Both the position numbers and the translations under genes were made by a program. A model generated the notes under the pieces. That model made no database searches and had not been told where the DNA came from. It saw only the letters and a list, made by a program, of their open reading frames with translations. A DNA stretch of 64,000 nucleotides from a virus, in the IMG/VR virus record IMGVR_UViG_3300032401_000690, positions 80,148 to 144,147 of that record. One strand, given 5' to 3'. Shown here in pieces: positions 60,776 through 64,000 of this stretch; the stretch's first letter is position 1, and each line of letters opens with the position of its first letter.

Positions 60776-60997
60776 TTAAACTGTTACAGTATCGGTTACG
60801 ACACAATTATTATCATCAACCACTTTAACAATAAAATCTGTTAAAGATGAAAAAATTGGTGGAATCTCAAAAATATATGGTAAATCACCGGTGGCGATAG
60901 TTGATACATAGATGCAGGTTGTGTATCCTGTATCACATACATAAATATCAAAAGGTGTTTGACCCAAAGCGTTGGTTATTGTTATATCTGTTGGCAT
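60776..60997 (-). CDS. Small virion adaptor-like protein (paralog of 50470..50772)
   Basis: Similar to the 50470 product. TATTTAT on the minus strand at 61005-61011. Confidence 0.7.
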   Translation of the reverse strand: MPTDITITNALGQTPFDIYVCDTGYTTCIYVSTIATGDLPYIFEIPPIFSSLTDFIVKVVDDNNCVVTDTVTV

Positions 60998-61036
60998 ATA
61001 CCAAATAAATATAGTAAAACATAAAAACTTGTGAAG

Positions 61037-61068
61037 TTTGGATAATTGATTTTTTATTCTTATCTTTG
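61037..61068 (+). promoter_or_regulatory. Bacteroidota-type housekeeping promoter (-33 TTTG / -7 TAnnTTTG)
   Basis: TTTG (61037-40), 20 nt, TATCTTTG (61061-68). Ends 4 nt before the primase ATG. Confidence 0.7.
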
Positions 61069-61072
61069 TCTT

Positions 61073-61972
61073 ATGGACGAATTTGACGATGTAGTTGAAA
61101 TAATTAGTGAATTTTTAGGAGACCCAAAGAAAATTTATGAAAACAGATCCCAAGTTTCGTGGAATTGTCCAATATGTGATGATGATAATAACAAGGGTAA
61201 CTTAGAGGTTAATATTGAAAAATCAGTTTTTCACTGCTGGTCGTGCGGAGATAGTGAAGGTACTCACGGATCTTTAGGTAAGTTATTTGATAAATTTGGT
61301 AATAAAAAACAAAAAAAACTTTATAATATTCTAAAACCTGAAACAATTCAAGTTAGAGAAAAAAAAATTGATAAAGTAAGATTACCTGATGGATATAAAA
61401 AGTTTAGTGAGGTTAGTCAAGTATATCCTGTTAGGAGACAAGCAATGAACTATCTTAAAAATCGTGGGATTACAGATGAGATGGTTGAGAAATACCAAAT
61501 TGGGTTCTGTGATACCGGTGATCATAACGGTAGAATAATAATACCCTCTTACAATAAAAAGAATGAATTAAACTACTATATCTCAAGAAGTTGGGATCCT
61601 AACAGTAGATATAAATATAAGAATCCAATTGCACCTAAAGATGAGATAATTTTTTGGGAAAACATTATTGATTGGGATAAAGATATTTATTTGGTTGAGG
61701 GGGTTTTTGATGGGTTATTCCTACCAAACTCAATACCGATGTTGGGGAAACATATGTCTCAAGTATTGTTTGAAACAATTTACAATAACGCCAAAGGTGA
61801 GATTGTTATTTGTTTGGATGCCGATGCTTGGTCTAATGCTTCAAAGTTATATCACGAATTAAATGGTGGTTCATTGTATGGTAGAATAAAAATAATAAAA
61901 TTAATAGATGATAAGGATGTCTGTGATCTAAAAGGTCAGATAGATGATTTTTATTTTAAAATGAGAGGGTGA
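61073..61972 (+). CDS. dnaG: DNA primase (Zn finger + TOPRIM)
   Basis: CPIC...FHCWSC, YLKNRGI, RIIIP, YLVEGVFD, ICLDADA and KDVCD. ATG at 61073 (track start 61046). Confidence 0.92.
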   Translation: MDEFDDVVEIISEFLGDPKKIYENRSQVSWNCPICDDDNNKGNLEVNIEKSVFHCWSCGDSEGTHGSLGKLFDKFGNKKQKKLYNILKPETIQVREKKIDKVRLPDGYKKFSEVSQVYPVRRQAMNYLKNRGITDEMVEKYQIGFCDTGDHNGRIIIPSYNKKNELNYYISRSWDPNSRYKYKNPIAPKDEIIFWENIIDWDKDIYLVEGVFDGLFLPNSIPMLGKHMSQVLFETIYNNAKGEIVICLDADAWSNASKLYHELNGGSLYGRIKIIKLIDDKDVCDLKGQIDDFYFKMRG

Positions 61973-61973
61973 T

Positions 61974-62831
61974 ATGGATTTATATAAAATAAGAGACGAA
62001 ATTAATGAGATCATTAAGAATAGACAAAATGAATTAGAACTTACTTTTGAGGAAGAATCACATACCTATACTATGAGGGATGTGGAGACTAATTTAAGAT
62101 CTGATTGGCCGTCGGTATCAAAGGTAATGAAATATTTCTACGATGAATTTGATTCTGATGGAATTTCCGAGAAGAAAGCCAAAGGTGATCCTGTGGAAAA
62201 GGCTCGTTTATTAAAGGAGTGGTCTGATGCTGGAGAATACTCAACAAACATGGGGTCAAGAGTCCATTTCATATTGGAAAAAAAATCACTTGAAATGTTT
62301 GGTGTAACAAAAGAAGTGAGACAACCAATCTTTGATTGTGATTTCACACAAATATTAAAGGGGGATTCAATGGTATCTGCTGGTACTAATTTCTTGGAAT
62401 TAATGAAAGAAAGGGGTGCGGTGTTGTTGGATACTGAAATTGTTTTGGGTTGTAATGAATTTGGGTATGTTGGACAACCAGATAAGTTTTGGTTAATAAT
62501 GAATAAAGAAGGGACTGAATTTGGGTTGATAATAACTGATTGGAAGACAAACAAACCAAAAAACTTTGAGGAGAATTTCTTCACCAAAAAAATGAAATAT
62601 CCCTTCCAAAAACACCCAAACAATGCGTTGGGACATTACTTCACACAACTTCCGTTTTATGGTAAGTTATTACTTAAGATGTTGCAAGGATCAAAATATG
62701 GTAATATTAAGTTATATGGTGGGATTATTGTTTTGGTAAAAGAAACTGGTCAGTTTGAAGAGTTTAGAGTTCCAAAAGAAGTAATTAACACAATTCTTGA
62801 TATGGATATGAAGAAATACTTGAAAAAATAA
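61974..62831 (+). CDS. PD-(D/E)XK exonuclease (RecB/Cas4-like superfamily)
   Basis: FEEESHTY, PSVS, GSRVH, DTEIVL, GQPDKF, DWKTNK and YFTQLPFY. Confidence 0.8.
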   Translation: MDLYKIRDEINEIIKNRQNELELTFEEESHTYTMRDVETNLRSDWPSVSKVMKYFYDEFDSDGISEKKAKGDPVEKARLLKEWSDAGEYSTNMGSRVHFILEKKSLEMFGVTKEVRQPIFDCDFTQILKGDSMVSAGTNFLELMKERGAVLLDTEIVLGCNEFGYVGQPDKFWLIMNKEGTEFGLIITDWKTNKPKNFEENFFTKKMKYPFQKHPNNALGHYFTQLPFYGKLLLKMLQGSKYGNIKLYGGIIVLVKETGQFEEFRVPKEVINTILDMDMKKYLKK

Positions 62832-62848
62832 AAAAGATTAATTATAAT
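62820..62848 (+). promoter_or_regulatory. Sigma70-like promoter
   Basis: TTGAAA, 17 nt, TATAAT. Ends 5 nt before ATG 62854. Confidence 0.45.
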
Positions 62849-62853
62849 TGGGT

Positions 62854-62946
62854 ATGGAAGGAACGATACAAATGATATGGACATCAACAACAAGTTGGGA
62901 TTATGTTGGTGCAGGAAAAATAAAAGTTAATTATATAATAAAATAA
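62854..62946 (+). CDS. 30-aa small ORF absent from the track
   Basis: MEGTIQMIWTSTTSWDYVGAGKIKVNYIIK*. Fills the gap between the promoter and the next ATG at 62948. Confidence 0.4.
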   Translation: MEGTIQMIWTSTTSWDYVGAGKIKVNYIIK

Positions 62947-62947
62947 T

Positions 62948-63160
62948 ATGGATGAGATTTTAAAACCAAAAATTGATTTAAAAAAACAACCAACGGTGGT
63001 ATGTGAAAAATGTGGGTCAAAATACTTCAAAGAGGTTGTGTTAATAAAGAAAGTTTCTAAATTAATGACTGGAAGTTCGGAAGACACGTTGGTTCCGTTC
63101 CCCACATATATGTGTGATGGGTGTAACCACGTTAATATAGATTTTGAATTGTTTGATTAA
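62948..63160 (+). CDS. Small zinc-ribbon protein
   Basis: CEKC...CDGC. Confidence 0.7.
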   Translation: MDEILKPKIDLKKQPTVVCEKCGSKYFKEVVLIKKVSKLMTGSSEDTLVPFPTYMCDGCNHVNIDFELFD

Positions 63161-63172
63161 TATAAATAAATA

Positions 63173-63373
63173 ATGGGAAAGAAAATTGTATGGTTTGAAA
63201 CTTACGTCACAACTTGTAAGTATTTTACAAACTTAACGGACGAAGAGGCGGAACTTTTTGAACAAGATGAAGAAAAATTCTTTGAAGAAGTTGATTTTAG
63301 AGGAAATCAAGATTTGGAATGGGATAAAATTAGTGATGAAACAGAATCAGATTTTAATATTGAGGAGGATTAA
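63173..63373 (+). CDS. Small acidic hypothetical protein
   Basis: 66 aa, very Asp/Glu-rich, A-rich leader. Confidence 0.65.
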   Translation: MGKKIVWFETYVTTCKYFTNLTDEEAELFEQDEEKFFEEVDFRGNQDLEWDKISDETESDFNIEED

Positions 63374-63375
63374 AT

Positions 63376-63573
63376 ATGACACATAAACAATTTTATATTT
63401 GGTTGGATGGTTATTTAACTGGTAAGTTGGAAGACAAACATATTGCGATTGGACCTATTGTTGAAAAAATGGGTGAAGTTATATCTGACGAACAAAAATG
63501 GATTAATGATTTTACATCGTATCGGAAAATGGAAAAATTAAATCCAATTAAAATTGAGAACTCACCTGAATAA
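63376..63573 (+). CDS. Hypothetical protein
   Basis: 65 aa with an MTHKQFYIWLDGYL N terminus typical of small phage proteins. Confidence 0.65.
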   Translation: MTHKQFYIWLDGYLTGKLEDKHIAIGPIVEKMGEVISDEQKWINDFTSYRKMEKLNPIKIENSPE

Positions 63574-63596
63574 AGTGGGTTTTTTTTGTATCTTTG
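63560..63596 (+). promoter_or_regulatory. Terminator hairpin fused to a Bacteroidota-type -7 element
   Basis: ACTCAC-CTGAATAAA-GTGGGT plus a T run, then TATCTTTG (63589-96) ending 5 nt before ATG 63602. No clear -33 TTTG. Confidence 0.55.
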
Positions 63597-63601
63597 TGAT
63601 T

Positions 63602-63898
63602 ATGAATAAACAAGGAATTGTATTAAAGTGGTTAAACAAAGAGTTTGGTAATTTAACTCCGGTGGTTAAAAATGATAAAACATTTTATGTTGATAAGGAC
63701 AGATTGCCGTTATTTTACTATTACCAGGATTCAAAAAATAGGTATGTTTATATAAATTACGAAAGAATTTGGGTATTTTTTGAATCCATTTTTGGTCTGA
63801 ATTACTTGCAAACACAGGAGATTCTGAAGGTATGGTTGGGGGAGACCTATAATTTGAGGGGAGTCACACCTAAGTACTTTAAATCTGAATCACTTTAA
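63602..63898 (+). CDS. 98-aa array-associated hypothetical protein whose C terminus is encoded by repeat 1 + spacer 1
   Basis: MNKQGIVLKWLNKEFG...KVWLGETYNLRGVTPKYFKSESL*. ATG at 63602 follows the promoter element (track start 63554). Confidence 0.7.
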   Translation: MNKQGIVLKWLNKEFGNLTPVVKNDKTFYVDKDRLPLFYYYQDSKNRYVYINYERIWVFFESIFGLNYLQTQEILKVWLGETYNLRGVTPKYFKSESL

Positions 63899-64000
63899 TA
63901 GTTGGAAGAGACCTATAATTTGAGGGGAGTCACACCTAACAATTCAAAGTTCCAATGTGGAATTTCCTGTTGGAAGAGACCTATAATTTGAGGGGAGTCA
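63835..64000 (+). CRISPR. CRISPR-like repeat-spacer array with no cas gene in the window, truncated at window end
   Basis: 36-nt repeat GTTGGAAGAGACCTATAATTTGAGGGGAGTCACACC at 63835-63870 (2 mismatches), 63901-63936 and 63969->64000. Unique spacers of 30 nt (63871-63900) and 32 nt (63937-63968). The repeat structure is certain; CRISPR function is inferred. Confidence 0.65.

Noticed and set aside
6177-63105. Numerous 60-160 aa ORFs nested in or antisense to long genes (e.g. 29344..29772, 53104..53508, 62138..62623)
   Set aside because: They lie within or largely overlap better-supported genes and show no motifs or independent expression signals.
1-64000. Stop-codon reassignment as seen in some jumbo phages
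   Set aside because: The standard code yields full-length genes up to 2189 aa at high density, and TAA, TGA and TAG all end genes at sensible positions.
1-64000. tRNA, rRNA or known structured ncRNA genes
   Set aside because: Intergenic gaps are short and accounted for by terminators and promoters. I recognised no cloverleaf or rRNA-like sequence by eye; tRNAscan-SE/Infernal would be needed to exclude them.

Overview
AT-rich, gene-dense, mostly plus-strand segment of a large (jumbo-type) myovirus. The host is probably a Bacteroidota member, based on TTTG-N20-TAnnTTTG promoters, no Shine-Dalgarno sites, and SprB-like and DUF5018-like modules. It carries a contractile-tail and baseplate module (sheath, tube, chaperone, tape measure, hub, gp53/gp25/gp6-like wedge, several very large virion proteins, beta-helical fibres). 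This is interleaved with T4-like replication and recombination genes (SSB, RecA/UvsX, 5'-3' exonuclease, DnaB-like helicase, class II RNR, RuvC-like resolvase, primase, PD-(D/E)XK nuclease) and four free-standing homing endonucleases. The most notable element is at the right edge: a cas-less, CRISPR-like repeat-spacer array (36-nt repeats, 30- and 32-nt spacers, truncated by the window). Its repeat resembles type VI-B (Cas13b) direct repeats, and its first copy is the in-frame C-terminal coding sequence of a 98-aa ORF. Other elements missing from the ORF track are a probable +1 frameshift (TTT_TTT_CGG) in the tail chaperone gene, a 54-aa ribbon-helix-helix gene divergent from the sheath, and a strand-specific TATTTAT(A) late-promoter motif. 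Product calls come from motif recognition and gene order only; no database search was run.
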